DNA of 64,000 nt, taken from contig OZ199838.1 in assembly GCA_964304625.1 (NCBI GenBank), forward strand, positions 481,059 to 545,058, read 5' to 3'. This document shows, piece after piece, positions 50,662 through 64,000 of this stretch; position 1 is the stretch's first letter, and each line of letters starts with the position of its first letter. This DNA comes from Kudoa neothunni. Lineage: Eukaryota; Animalia; Cnidaria. The notes under the pieces were generated by a model. That model was not told the origin of the DNA and ran no database searches. It saw nothing but the letters and a program-made list of their open reading frames with translations. The position numbers and the translations under genes were made by a program.

Positions 50662-53528
50662 CCGTTACAGGACGGTGTTCGGAAAATGTACGTATGTTCC
50701 GGTGTGGGGCCCGCGCGGACCCCAGCGATTATTTCATTATGTAAGCGCAATTTTTATAATAACTAACATTTTATGATATTACTATATTATAAAGATACGG
50801 AAACAATTATTATTTGGTTGAAACTGTCTATATAGTTTTGTAAAAAATGGATAGATAAGCAGAATTTTCTACTGAAGGCAAAGCTTCACAAAACCACTGT
50901 GACACTCTCGCATGACACCGATAGGCAGTATAAAATAGCTCTTCCATGACAATGATTAAGACATTCAGTAGCATTGTTTGTATTCGAGAATATCTAAAGG
51001 ACCAGTTAGTCACGCCTAATCGCGGACGATTATAATTATAATAAAATTGTTATTTGTTAATAAACATAGAAATCACATAATATAATATTTTTATTAATAA
51101 AATATTACATTGATTTTATTTATATACCAATAATAGAATTATTTATTCGCTATAAAATAAAAAACTTAAATTTAAACTTGTAAGCTTCAATTAATCATCG
51201 ATACATGTAAAATCCTCTAAAATTGATATCCGTATCTATACAGTACGTTTATTTGGTCTGAGTATTTTTTCACCTTGAAGACATTTTTATTTCTATGTGA
51301 TTTTAAAATTAAAAAGTAATACGAAATATTAGCTCGATATTTTTTAGATAGTTTCATTAAAGTCAATTCAACAAAATACAATAAATAAAATCATAAACGA
51401 CGGCGAAATATTTGTTAATTTAATAAATATTAAATTTTAGAACGATTATTTTGCTAAAATATAATGAAAATTTGTGTTTATTTTAGTTTCTGTTTTTTAT
51501 AAGAAAATGTTAGAATAATTATGAGAAATTTGTCTGAAATTTTAAATTAAAATAAACCATATATAAAATTCAAACTGTTGTTATGCTGAACAACCATTGG
51601 TTTGAACACGTCGAAAAGTTATGAAAAAACTATTTCTATTTTGAAAATCTTTTTAAAATACGTATATAATTAAAAATATTTTTTATAATGCAGCAAAAGA
51701 ATGAGCCAATTTAAAATAGATTTAACTTTCGTTAGACAGGATAATAATTCAACAATAAACCAATCATTCGAATCATCTTGACAGTCTCGGAAAATGATTA
51801 TAATTTTCTGAATTTTATGAAGTGAGAAAATTGGTTTGTTACAAGATGAACATTTTGCTTTGGTTTTCCTGTCCATGTTACGTGGGCGGCATACGCATCG
51901 TCCTTTTTTAGATAATGTTGAATCATGTTGCATATTTGAATCCGTATTGTAAATCTGAATGGTACAAAGTAAAGGTTTCTTGATGACGCAATACGTTAGA
52001 GGTGACCAATTGAATCCCTAATTCTCGAAGGAAGGTTTGACGCAGACTGGGATCATTCGAGCGCCAATCAGGAAATCTGGTTGTCCATACATATAATATA
52101 TGCATTTAACGCAGATATATCGATCAGATCCATGAAAACACGGAATGTCCAACGATTGGTTCTTCTATAACAACCATAAAGTTTGGTCATCTGGTCTCCA
52201 TTGTCAACCGCCTCCTTTTGTGTGATAGTAATGAACGATAAGTTCAGGTCTTTTCTTATCACCTCATTCGATGACATCATCATGGAACTCTGTTGATAAT
52301 AAAATGACATCTTTGTTTTTCTTGGGAACATATGAAACTATGGTTAAGTCATCAGAGAAGCAAAACATTGAGGAATTTTCATCACGATCTTTCACACTAA
52401 GAATATTTTTTGGGATGTAAAAAAGTTGTCAGTCGTTATACCACGACGACTTCCATAATAAGGAGAAATTAAATCCTTGGCGACTAGTTCTCCTTGGTTT
52501 TTCTCTCTGATACCGTTAACTTTACCAAGGTAAGGTTGGGTATTTAATAGGTAGGATGTATCCACATCTGAAACCACCCACAACTTCATCCCGAAACGAC
52601 CGGATTTATTCTTCATGTAAATACGAAAAGGACACCTTCCGCGAAATAAAATCATTCTTTCATCTACAGTTATATGTGTACCCGGTGAATAATTCCGTGT
52701 GAACGAGGAATTTAAATCGTCGAAGATTTCTTGCATTGCTTCAAATTTGTTGTCAGATATGATCATGATTCCAATAAAAGACTTCAGCTCTACCATTGTT
52801 ATGGTAGCCTTATCGCTATATTTTTCATTCGATAGGCAATACTTATTGGTAAAATATAATATTTTTTCCAACACAATACTCGAAAAAATAGCGAGAATGT
52901 TTCCATAATCTTTTGTACATCTTTAGACTCTTCTGTAAGTCCAGATTTTGGCATGTCTAGATTGTGGCTTTTGTGTTTCCTCCTCATTTTTCCACTACAA
53001 CTCCACTTAAATCCAGTGCTGGAGTTAGAAATTTCCATCAAATTTTCAAAATCATCATAATCATCATTGCAATCTGAAATAGCAGTTAGCGGTCCCTCAA
53101 AATCAAGAACATTGTCGATTTCATCGTTCTCAACAGGATCACTTAATAAATCATCAGAATATTCTTTTGGTATCGCTCTAGTGGAGTTTAATTAAAAAAA
53201 AACCAATAATTTACTTATATTGTACACAAACAACGTGGATTTTAATTTAAACCTCTAATCCTTGAATATTCTATGGGTATATATATTTGTATTTGTCGGA
53301 CGATGATATAAAATGATAGAAATACATACATATTGATTTAAAATATAATTAAAGCACACATTTAATGAAGTTTCATTAATTATTTTATTTTACATATTAA
53401 TCTCAATTATAAAGCTAACTAAATAACCCCTTTATCAAAAACATGCACGAATGAAGTAAATTTATTTCGATTAATTTTAAATATAAAAAAATTAGGGCCC
53501 GCATGAACTCCACACCGTCCCGCGAGGG
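50662..53528 (-). mobile_element. Full-extent but decayed piggyBac transposon
   Basis: TTAA on both sides (50658-61, 53529-32). TIRs ccgttacaggacggtgt / acaccgtcccgcgaggg. Transposase fragments ITVDERMILFRGRCPFRIYMKNK, ITTDNFFTS, AVDNGDQM..RRTNRW and a C-terminal Cys-rich domain; frameshifted and internally deleted. Confidence 0.92.
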
Positions 53529-54250
53529 TTAACAGTTTTCTCATATGTTTTTGGATGACATTTGCAACACTTAACTAAACAATTTAATGAAAACTCGTCA
53601 AACTTTGAATAATTGCTATAAGATAAATAAGAGAATGAGGAGCTATCGTATTCTGGTTCTGGAGAGGGTGGCATGCTTAAATCGATGTTGCGCGTGGGGG
53701 AAGGGATCGAATGCATAGTGTTTCGTTATTTATTCATTATTTACTTAATAGAATTTCCGTAAATTTTTAAAAATGACATTTATCAATATTTTAAATAATT
53801 TTATTCGGAAGATGTTTTTATAAAGATAAAAGATTATAAAATCTGGAGAGGAGTTATGTTCCATTAATACGTTATAATATTGTTGACAAAATTCACTTGT
53901 GGTAGAAATCTACCCCCATTTTACCTAGAAGGTTAACGAAAACGCTCGTAATAAACAATTAATCATTTTTATTGTAGCTATAAGAATAAATATGTTTATG
54001 AATTATTTTAACTGTGTTAAATCTTAATTAATTAAGGTTATAATTGATGTTGTTTTATATTATTGTCTATTATAGACAAATTAAATATAAAATCGAGTTA
54101 AAAAACGTGTCTCAATAATAAATGATACATAATACCATAATACTACCGTAATGTAATAACAAAGATATGAGCAAAAAAAATACTTCAAATGTGTGAATTT
54201 AAAGAGATGATTCAAATTTGTGTTTCAAAAATCTAGATTTTTATTAAAAA

Positions 54251-54660
54251 TTTTTTTCTGTTTACGAGGTCAAACCCCCAAGCAACTTGTTAGGTTGTGA
54301 AGTTCGGGCTGGTTAGGTCTTCCCCATTTACGTCTTAGGTACCGCGGCGTCATATTAAGGCGAATAACGTTTATGCGGTCGTGTGGGATTATAACCCATT
54401 AATGTTAAACATCCTCGTTTTGGAACAACGACCACCCCATAATTAGTCTGGGAAAGTCGTCTGAATGAGGGCGTCGATTCTGCGGAAATCCTCTACTGGG
54501 TTTTATTACGTTCGTGTACCCCGGCGTTTCTAAGCGCCCGAATTCTACCCTTCCGACAGACTCTCCTCCCAGCTTCAAGCAAAGCCACGATAAATCGAAG
54601 ATCCCTGCGATTACTACAGCGCTCCCATTTAATTTGGGATTAGGAGTACAAGCCTATAAA
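54251..54660 (-). mobile_element. Diverged relative of the SINE family (shared 3' part only)
   Basis: Shares gcaactt..ttgtg, cggt.gtgtggga.t.taaccca, aaacatcctcgt and gaccacccc blocks with 7490-7965 and 35765-36229. tRNA head not recognisable. Confidence 0.55.
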
Positions 54661-57600
54661 ATGGAAATAAATCTTAAGTCGAGCACATTCGGATTCACGT
54701 GGAATCTATATGTTGTCGATAAATACAACAAAAAAATTATTATTTCTCTATAATTTTAACAAATTTAAAGTCGTTAATTGTTCACTGATTTTTTTTATTT
54801 GTATTTGATGGTAATAAGTTGGTAAATGTTCAATCTTGTGACTTCTTATTTTAAAAACAGAACTTTCTGATTTTTTTGCTATTCAGCATAAGAACGAAGA
54901 TGTTTCAATTTAACGATGGAATTCAATAATGTGGTTTTTAGTTTATAAATTTTTTTTGGTAGTTTATTCATGATTTAAACAATTTTACAGCAATATTTGT
55001 TCCAAAATTCAAACATGAAATTTTGAAATTTATTTGATTAAGTTATCTTTTTATTTATATATACTAAGTACCTAAAAATAAAAATATTTAGTAATTTTAT
55101 TTAATTAAAATTAACTTTAAAGTAGAGCAATCGTCACAATTCAAAATATACAATTTTTAAGAACACTAAGTTGAATCATTACGGAAGTTAGTAAGTCAAA
55201 AACATTTTTTTATTTCGTATCTCAACAGTATAGAAATGGTGTAAAATCTAAAAATAAACCTTTATTACTTAGTTTTTGAATATAAAGTAAAATATTACAT
55301 CATATTTTGTAATCTATTTCAAGTTTTTTGTGTGGTTTAATGTTTCAACACATAATCACCCTCGATTTTTTAAAGGCCTAGTTCCTATTGAGCTTTTACA
55401 GTCGAAGAGAAAAGAGACATACACATCCATTTTTGCCTTCACTGAAAGTTTTATATTGCTTTCATATACTGAAAAAAATACTTACGTCATTATATTAAGC
55501 TCCTTTCAACATAAACTAGTGTAATAGACTTCAATCATCCCCGTAAGCTTCCGGAAATTATTTATTTATATATTTCCACCAACGGAGAATTCAACGCAAT
55601 CGACCAAATTTGGGCAAGGATTATACGTTTGAAATATTAAAAGGTAGCCAACGGTAATATTTAATGCACTTCCGGATGTAGCTTTTATAAATTGGTATGG
55701 AACTTTTTGTCTAGGAACGAAAAAAATTCTTAAAATCATTACATATACACTTTATATACAAACAAATGAATCAAAAATATAGTTATTTAATTTATCATTA
55801 ATATTAATACAGATTAGATGAATAGAGAAGAAATCATCTACGTGTTCGCGAAAACTCTCTTAAACCACCGTCAAAATACAATATTTTCATTAGCGATATT
55901 TACAAAAAATGTTTTTAAATTATTTTTAATAGTTTATTAAATAAATATCCATATAAACAAATTTTTATTTTGTCTTCTTAAAGCCTTAAAGAGCGCATGC
56001 ATGCTTTCATGTAGTTTTTTGGAACCTGCTCTTAAAGGGTTTCTTGTGCATTCACAATAAAACTTTGAAAAAATGAAAACTCACTGTAAATATTTTGTTT
56101 AACTTGAAAAACGATTAAGTATCTAACATAATTTCCTTTCAAGCGTACTTTTAACAACATAACATGGTATTTTCAGTTTATTCCCTTGTGTATTTCATTA
56201 CGTAACTGAATAAATATATTAAGTCCTTCCAACAGACTAACTGAAGTTGAGATTATTCATTATCTAATTCTATTTTAGAGATTTAATGATTCTATTTCGG
56301 TACTTTATTATAATTGCAGATGAATTGTATTTAAAGCCTTCATTTATTTGGTTTTTTGACAAAATAATCTATATATAAAATAAATAACAACTAATTTTCT
56401 ACATGACATGTCTTTGTATTTTATTATATTTATTAATTTTTAATCAAAACTTGTTTTATTTTGCATTTTTTAAGCCACATAATAAAATAAGTAAGCATTC
56501 AACTGGATTATCTAGAAAATGATTAACTAAAAGTTGCACTATCGGAAAGGTCTTAATAATATTCAACGTTTCAATCATAAATGTTGAATGAACGTAGCCC
56601 ATATTTCAGCATAAATGAAAACATTAATGTACAGTAATCCAGTCTTATCCATGAACATACATTCCAAGTCTCAGCGCAGATAAAGGAAACATTCTTATAA
56701 ATAGACTCCGAGTATATAATTGTCACTTTTATGCCAAATTGAAAGTAATAATGTGCAATATATAAGCAATTAATTCAGTTTCAAGTTATAAAAGAACTTT
56801 TTAGTCTAGATCGATCGCGGGTTTAATCGTGAAGATTAAGAAAATACATCTCGTCTCATGTGAAATAAGAATTGTACTTACTAATCATTATTTGATGGAA
56901 CGATATATTCTAGTATAAATATTTGTTATTAATTTTATTTATCAAATCATAAAATTATTGTGTAATGAAGCAGAAAATTAATGAACGGAATATGTATTTT
57001 TACAAGGTAAATGGGAATAACATAATTTATACAAAAATATTCGTTCGATTCATTCGATTCATTAATTGGAGTAATGTGAAAATCACATATATCTAAAAGT
57101 TGATATTAAGGTTCCATTGTATACTGTTCACATTTTTCATATTATTATGGCACAACCGTTCAAAAGGTATTTCCAGTTTTTAATATATCTCATATTATTT
57201 GCAGAATTAAATTTTAGTTAAAAAGTCTCCAACATTTATAAATATTAAAGTTTGATTTAGTTTATAAATTTTTTGGAGGGATTTACTTTCAGTAATTTAA
57301 AAAATATTACATCTTTTTTTTTTTAACTCAATATGCATTTTTATAAATAATTTTTTCGTCGTATTAATATGTTGTACGATTACATATTAATGTAAAAAAA
57401 AAATATAATAAGGGTGTGTTAAAAAGCGATGATACAACATATATAAAAATAATAAATAAAAATCATGTTTGGATCAAATACCTTACATTTGATACGTAAT
57501 TTTTTTTCTGATGCATTAGTTATAAAAATTTTTTCCCATCTCATTGTTAGTATATAAAATAATAATTGTGTAAATAATGGAAACAATGTACATGAAAGAC

Positions 57601-58553
57601 TGATGGCGACAACAAACAATTATTTTTTAGTGCAAACCACGTGAAATTGTTAGAGAAATAATGATGCAAAATTTAAGCTGGTTGATCGCTAGATTGTCTT
57701 TTAAAAAAATCCAATAAGTTTTTGCGATGTTAAAAATAATAATTAAAAAAATTTATTCGGATTAAACGATCAGACGGATACGCATAATTTCGTTAAATCG
57801 TTTCCAACTGTCGGCTAGCACGTGTAAGTGAAATTAATATGTTTAGATACTTTCACTTTATGATGGAGTTCATTTCACCTTTGTTTAAGTATGAAACATA
57901 TAAGATGTAATTTTATTAATAACATATTTTTTTGTTTAATTAATAGATACGAATATTTTATTTATATTATGAGTGAAGAAATAAACTCCAGTTGAGCGCC
58001 ACAAAATAACCGATTACATCCGAAACCTGTTCCGATATACAGCTAAAATAAATGTATATGCGTAAGTAGCTAATCACGTAAACGATTATTTTAATCCTCC
58101 CCCTTTTTCTCATAATAAGCTCAGGAGAATTTTTAAAAAAATGTATTAATTTATCTCATTTATATATATATATATAGATTATTTAAATAACGAACACAAT
58201 ACAAATAATAAAATAGAATGTGTTGTTAATAAGATCAAAACAAAGCTTATCTCGACTAGGTCTTCTTGGAGTATTTTCAGGAATCTTTGAATATTTTTAC
58301 TCATATCGAAATCTCATAATGCAAAAAATTGGCATATGAACACGTTTTTATTCATCTTGAGAATAAAAAACTTCTATTAATTGAAAATAATCTTATTTGT
58401 AGTTTTACTTTTTATTTCGTGTTTATGTTACAAGTCAAGGTGATTGTTTTTTTAAGTGTGTTAATGAGGTGAAAACGTCTTGTAGGGGTAGGGAGTGCCT
58501 TAATTTATCACGAGGCTCACATTCTACGGCCATTTGCTAAATACCCTTAATAA

Positions 58554-59943
58554 ATGGCTTCAAAACGAAGGCGTCAAGCAATTGATTCGTTGCATCTTTG
58601 CTCGAAACATTCAATTAATGAAGAAAGTATCCAAAAAATTAGAACCAATCTCCGAGAATGGTACCATTCAAATGCTAGAGACCTTCCCTGGCGGAATACC
58701 CAACACTTCACTCAGAACGACATTGCATACAGAGTTCTTGTGTCGGAAATAATGCTTCAACAAACCCAAGTGAAAACCGTTATCGACTATTATAATCGAT
58801 GGATGGAACGTTGGCCAACATTGAACTCATTGGCCAACGAGGCAGATGTTCAGCAGGTTTTAACTGCTTGGTCTGGTCTGGGATACTATAATAGAGCCAA
58901 GAGACTTTATGAAACTGCACAGATCGTGGCTAAAAATTTTGATGGAATATTTCCGAGGTATATTTTTTATATGTGTTGAGAGGTGTATGCCTGCATTGGA
59001 TAGTGATTATGAGCTGCTGATAAGTAACCTTCCAGGGATTGGGGCGTACACAGCTGGAGCTATTTGTTCAATTGCTTTCAACCAACCTATTCCTGCTGTA
59101 GATGGCAATATTTTGCGAATTTTTTCGAGGTTGTATGGGCTCTCCACTTTAATGTTTAAAAATAAAAGTTACTTGACACGTATTGCTAGCAAGGCGTGTG
59201 AGTCGGTTATTGATATCGAACAACCAGGTCATTTCAATCAGTGTCTTATGGATATTGGCGCCACTATTTGTATCCCTAAAGGCGTTCCAAAATGTACAGA
59301 ATGTCCACTGAATGAGGTTTGTCTAACCCACAACAACTTGGATAAATTGGTCGACAATTCTGAGTTGGGTGAAGATGGTTGTTATGTCTGTGAAAATATG
59401 TTGGAAAATTCAGCATCCTTAAGATATGAATATGGCAGTTTCCCCGGGTCAACCAAGGCGAAACCCTCCCCAACTACTCACTATATAGTGATTGCGTTGG
59501 AGTTGTGCAAACAGCAGAAGCAACGTCGTTGGCTTATGTCTCAACGTCCATCTACAGGCCTGCTTTCTAGTCTTTGGGAGTTTGTTCTTGTGGATGCTTC
59601 GAAGTTTAATCGCCTTCAAAGAGCTGAAGAAATATGCGACGAGGATATTAAAGATTTTTTGAGTGGTAAACTTGAAACAATTGACCATTTTATAGTCTCA
59701 TCAATGGAGATTATCTACAAAACAACACTGAAACATATTTTCAGCCATAGAATTCATGTGTATCAGTTATTCCATGCAAAGATTGATGGATTTGATGGTG
59801 ATGATCGGTTGGTTTCATTTCTCAATTCCAATCTCAACTTCCTCGAAAATGCTTCACAAAAGTTTAGAGCGGTCAACTCAAATGAACTAACTTCTGTGCC
59901 TATCTCAACCTCTGTGAAGAAAATGTTAAAATTTTTAAGCTAA
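58554..59943 (+). CDS. MUTYH: Adenine DNA glycosylase MutY homologue (2 exons; intron 58958-59003)
   Basis: RDLPWR, VLVSEIMLQQTQV, WSGLGYYNRA, HhH LPGIGAYTAGAI, VDGNILRIFSRL, FeS motif CIPKGVPKCTECPLNEVC, NUDIX-like QRPSTGLLSSLWEF, HIFSH. Confidence 0.95.
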
Positions 59944-61243
59944 TTATTAGAATTTATATTTTTTACTCTTCAGTTAGCCGTTATTTGTGATCTTTATTTA
60001 ATGAAAAACAAGAATCAACTACCTTACCAATAAAATAATAAAATAAGGTACATTTGGGTTCATTGATTTTATTTTATTTTTTTGAAATAACATTTTATAT
60101 CTGTTTTGAAAATTTCATTCTCACACTCAAACGACTTTATCATTAATTCTATATTAATATTTGAGTGTGCGTGCATATATATCCAAAACGTTCGTGTAGA
60201 CTCCGATTGCTCATGTTAATGACTGATTTTCACTACAATAAATATTTAAATTTTACTATTAGTCAGCTTTTAAATATCTGAATAATTATCCATTCTGAAA
60301 GTATATGCATCAATTTACAACACAATAAATATAATCATATATATTCTTCAATTTTTTATTCATAGTACCAAAAATTAAAAAAGAAATATTTTTTAATAAT
60401 GAGTCAAAATTAATTTTTAGTGGCAATAGTTAATATTATATTTCATAAAAATAATTGTAATAAAATATGTTATACAATGCTACCTCGGAGTTCGACCAAT
60501 AATTTTGAGTCAGAATCACGTTTGATTCCGAAAATAGAGAATAAAAGAAATTATAGAAAAGTCGTTCGGTTAAATTGTGCGAACAACATTGAAGATGGAT
60601 CCTATATTTCATTCTTAATATTGTTTTAACCATTTATTGGTTATATTCTATAAATATGTTATATGCACGTTTTATCGTGAATAAGTATAAAAATAGTCAT
60701 TTATTTTATGCGCTATACGGATTAAACTAATTTTCATTATTTTGCAAGGGGCAAAATTTTTTTGGAGTTCGAACTGTATTTATGTTAAAAATAATTATCA
60801 TTAGATTCTTTTAGATTAGGAGTTTTCTTCCGTTATTTAAATTTTACTCTTAGGCTTGGTGAAAGATCCAAATTTAACCCCTTAACTTGGAAACTAAATT
60901 CATATTAACTTAAAGGTTTTATATTGGTTTAGCTGTGGTAGGGGCTATTTACATGGTAAATTTTAATCCTAAACGTCACGGACGCAAGCGCCAATTGAAA
61001 TGTTTGATCCTAGAAGATTTTACTCACAAGCTAAATATAGATTTAATTATTTCAATCCCACCTCTTCCTTTTATTTACAATAATTAATTCAGTATAATCC
61101 AAATAAGTGACACTTGAACATTACACAGACCATCGATAATACGCACTAAATCGCATGCGCAGTTAATATTTGGGCGTTTTCTGTATTTTTCACGGTGGGT
61201 ATTACACCTTTTATTTAAATAGAATAACCAAAAACATTATTGG

Positions 61244-62101
61244 CCCTCTAACGGACCGAACAACGAACATCCTTAAACGGATTTTGGGACTGTGGAACTC
61301 TAGATTTTTTTGGGTTTAATTTAATTAAAAAATTCGATCGACAATATTTTGAAAATCGCACACTACTGAATGAATTAATCCTCAATAATCCGATCTGGTG
61401 CTACTTTGTAATCACGTGCAATTAATGTAAATTAGCACGCTTGGAAGAATGTGAACCCAACATATTCAACAATGGGATTCGTTAAACAAATAAGTTTTTA
61501 ATATCAATATTTTTTTAAAATTATTGAATAAAAACCCAAATTGACGAAATAACTCGAAAAACCCTACGAACACGAACAATTACAATTGGACCAGGACTAG
61601 AATCCTTGATATTCAAAATTGAATTTCTTGAAGATAATGACTAAATTTTTAATAAATTATACAAACAGCAAAAGTTGAATAATTTTAAAAATAAACAAGT
61701 TCCTATTATTCCATTCGAACGTTTGGATATTCCAAGTGTTGTTGCATTAAAACCACTACCGAGAGATTGAAATTTGTCATTGAAATAATGAGAATTTTTA
61801 TTAGTTATCACACCTACCAGTTATTAATAAAAAAGGAGCATGTAATAAGTGAAAGGCTTAAAAATTAAACTATACTTATTAAAATATTGTTACTATAAAA
61901 AATGACGAGAATATTTTTAAATTAACGAATTTTTCAAGTTTATAAGCTACTAAATACATTAATATATATATATATATATATATACTTTACATAAATATAT
62001 AAGAATATCCAAGATTATAGACTTGAATGTTTATTAGAAAATTTTGTATGGGCAATATAATGTGTCGTTGGGGTCCCACAGACTCTAAGTCCATTAGAGG
62101 A
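61244..62101. mobile_element. Non-autonomous piggyBac-like element
   Basis: Termini ccctctaacggac / gtccattagagga|TTAA with asymmetric subterminal repeats (gggactgtggaactc vs gggtcccacagactc). Left TTAA degraded to ttgg. Confidence 0.5.
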
Positions 62102-63063
62102 TTAAGATTATTTGGCTGGAAAACAATTTGCAATGTTTATTGAGGTCATATTTATTGATAAAATATTTATATCCTTTCATACTGGGGTAAAATATGACGA
62201 ATGGTCAGTTCTAAAAAATTATAAATACTAATTTCTTTTTTGATAGATATCTCAAAAAAATTCAATCTACGTGAGTTGGCGGGAAAATGCATATTATGTG
62301 CTAGTCACGTGACACAACAGACAGGAAATTCCTAGTTTAATTCAACAATATTTTTAAAGACATTTATTCTCTTATAATCCAAAAAAATTACGAAATTTGT
62401 AATTTGTAACCCAATATATATATATATATATATGTAAAGAATGATTGTTATACACATGATATTGAATGGTAGATATGTATCAACTATTCAATACAATGGA
62501 CAACAGCTTATTAATTTGCTGCAATGTTGTTAGGTACTTACTAAATAAAACGAGTATTATGGATTTATTTTGAGTAAACAATTACAAAATTTGATAACAA
62601 CACAATGGCAATTAAACAGCAATTAAAGTCGTTGTTTCATGAATAGTAAATTGGTGCATATCACCATAGTTACAACAAAAATACAATAATGTCATAAAAT
62701 AGAACGTTTGTGTTTTATTGGAGAAAAGATAATAAATTACAAATTTTCAAAACTTAAGTGATACAACAAAAATTTTCACACTTATTCATCCGCAACAATT
62801 GCAACACAATCAAGCATATCAGAGAATACATAGAGAGTATTAGCACCTAGCAATTGATCGTGACTTTGTCATCAAACAATGAGCAATAATAGCGCGTAAA
62901 CTGATAACATGCGGGAAAAATAGAAAAGGAAGATGATTTCGTTGGGATATCTTTAAAATCACCCAAAACACACTATATAAGGGTAAGCTGGAAAAGCTTC
63001 AACCCTCGTGCATAATCGGTATCTGGCGCACCACACCTAGGTGTTTCTTGATTGCGGTGGGTT

Positions 63064-64000
63064 ATGCACTTCCTGTACTTCAAGTTTAGAAGCACAATTG
63101 AGTATGAGAAGCTTGCGATAGATTCGAGAGTTATTACTGTTGGCGAGTTTAAAAAGTTGATCGCTGAGCATAAGGCAATAGGGAAGAATGCTGACACTAG
63201 AATTGAGGTGAAAAATGCCACCACCGATCAAAGTAAGTTTTTACATGGAGGAAGCACCCACACATATAAACAACCGCCTCATAGATTACACTGACGACAG
63301 CGAGTTAATTCATGAGAATTCGACATTGGTCCTTCGACGTGTTCCTTCATATCTTAACTCAACCTCAATTCCACTGATTAAGTCATCTCAAATAAACGAC
63401 CAATTGGGGGCTGTTCCCAATCAATCTTTGATCGTACATAATTGTGTCATTTTAATAATTTTAATACAATCCACTCAACTCACATTGTAGGTAAATAATG
63501 CCACTTTTATCAGCAGCAGCAGCAGCAGCAACATCACTACCACTACCACTACCACCACCAATAACTTTCCTGCCACTACAGAAGAGGAAAGATTGAAAGT
63601 TATCATGAATCAAAATCAAAGTGTGATTGAATACGAACAAAAGTATGTTTGGTGTTGTTTGACCACCTAGTAGAATTAAGCTTGGAATTTGACTCACATT
63701 GTTATTAGCCAAAGTGACCTAATGAAAACGGGCAAACGAACCGGAAAAGTGCCGATTTGTTATCATTGCAAGGCGGTCGGCCATGTTTATCGTGCTTGTC
63801 CTCTACTTACACAGCAGTCCCAAGTTATGAGAGATGAACCTACTCATATATTTTTAAAATCGTATTTTTTTCTACATTCCATAGTATGCTGCGCTGTCAT
63901 GTTCTGTATTGCGTGATTGGATTAAATTGGTTGCAGAATTGTTCTTGTGATTGATTGAATCCTCTCAACCATAATTTTTTTAACAACCCAATTAAGCGAT
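63064..64000 (+). CDS. RBBP6: RBBP6/Mpe1-like protein, 5' part (DWNN domain + zinc knuckle); probably runs off the window
   Basis: MHFLYFKFRSTIEYEKL..IEVKNATTDQ|YTDDSELIHENSTLVLRRVP (DWNN), TEEERLKVIMNQ, CYHCKAVGHVYRACP. Confidence 0.85.

Noticed and set aside
55330-56350. Coding-like fragments on the minus strand (VPRQKVPYQFIKATSG.., KVYCECTRNP..)
   Set aside because: Interrupted by stops, with no recognisable family motif or consistent splice pattern.

Overview
AT-rich eukaryotic genomic DNA with short GT-AG introns (mostly ~37-60 nt) and animal-type but highly diverged genes. This fits a fast-evolving small invertebrate or parasite (myxozoan/dicyemid/orthonectid-like), but the taxon is inference only. 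The first 34 kb holds three paralogues (+, -, +) of a 22-exon gene. By manual splicing it encodes a ~1,970-aa type-I membrane protein: signal peptide, a long array of Cys-containing fibronectin-III-like modules on symmetric phase-1 exons, one TM helix and a tail ending SYDL*. The copies sit in inverted duplications, are patchwork mosaics of each other, and have hypervariable ectodomain segments. The most novel signal is in the stalk of all three copies: two consecutive ~90-nt intervening sequences shaped like nested [D1,2] spliceosomal twin introns (exon|G[GT..AG]T..AG|exon). The rest of the window is housekeeping genes (TraB-like unknown, NDUFAF5, POLR2D, UCKL1, MUTYH, 5' part of RBBP6) among decayed TEs (tRNA-SINE, Helitron, MULE-like, hAT, Merlin, pogo/Tigger, piggyBac). 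Single-base frameshifts between ~31.5 and ~49 kb look like assembly consensus errors. All splicing and homology calls were made by eye; no searches were run.
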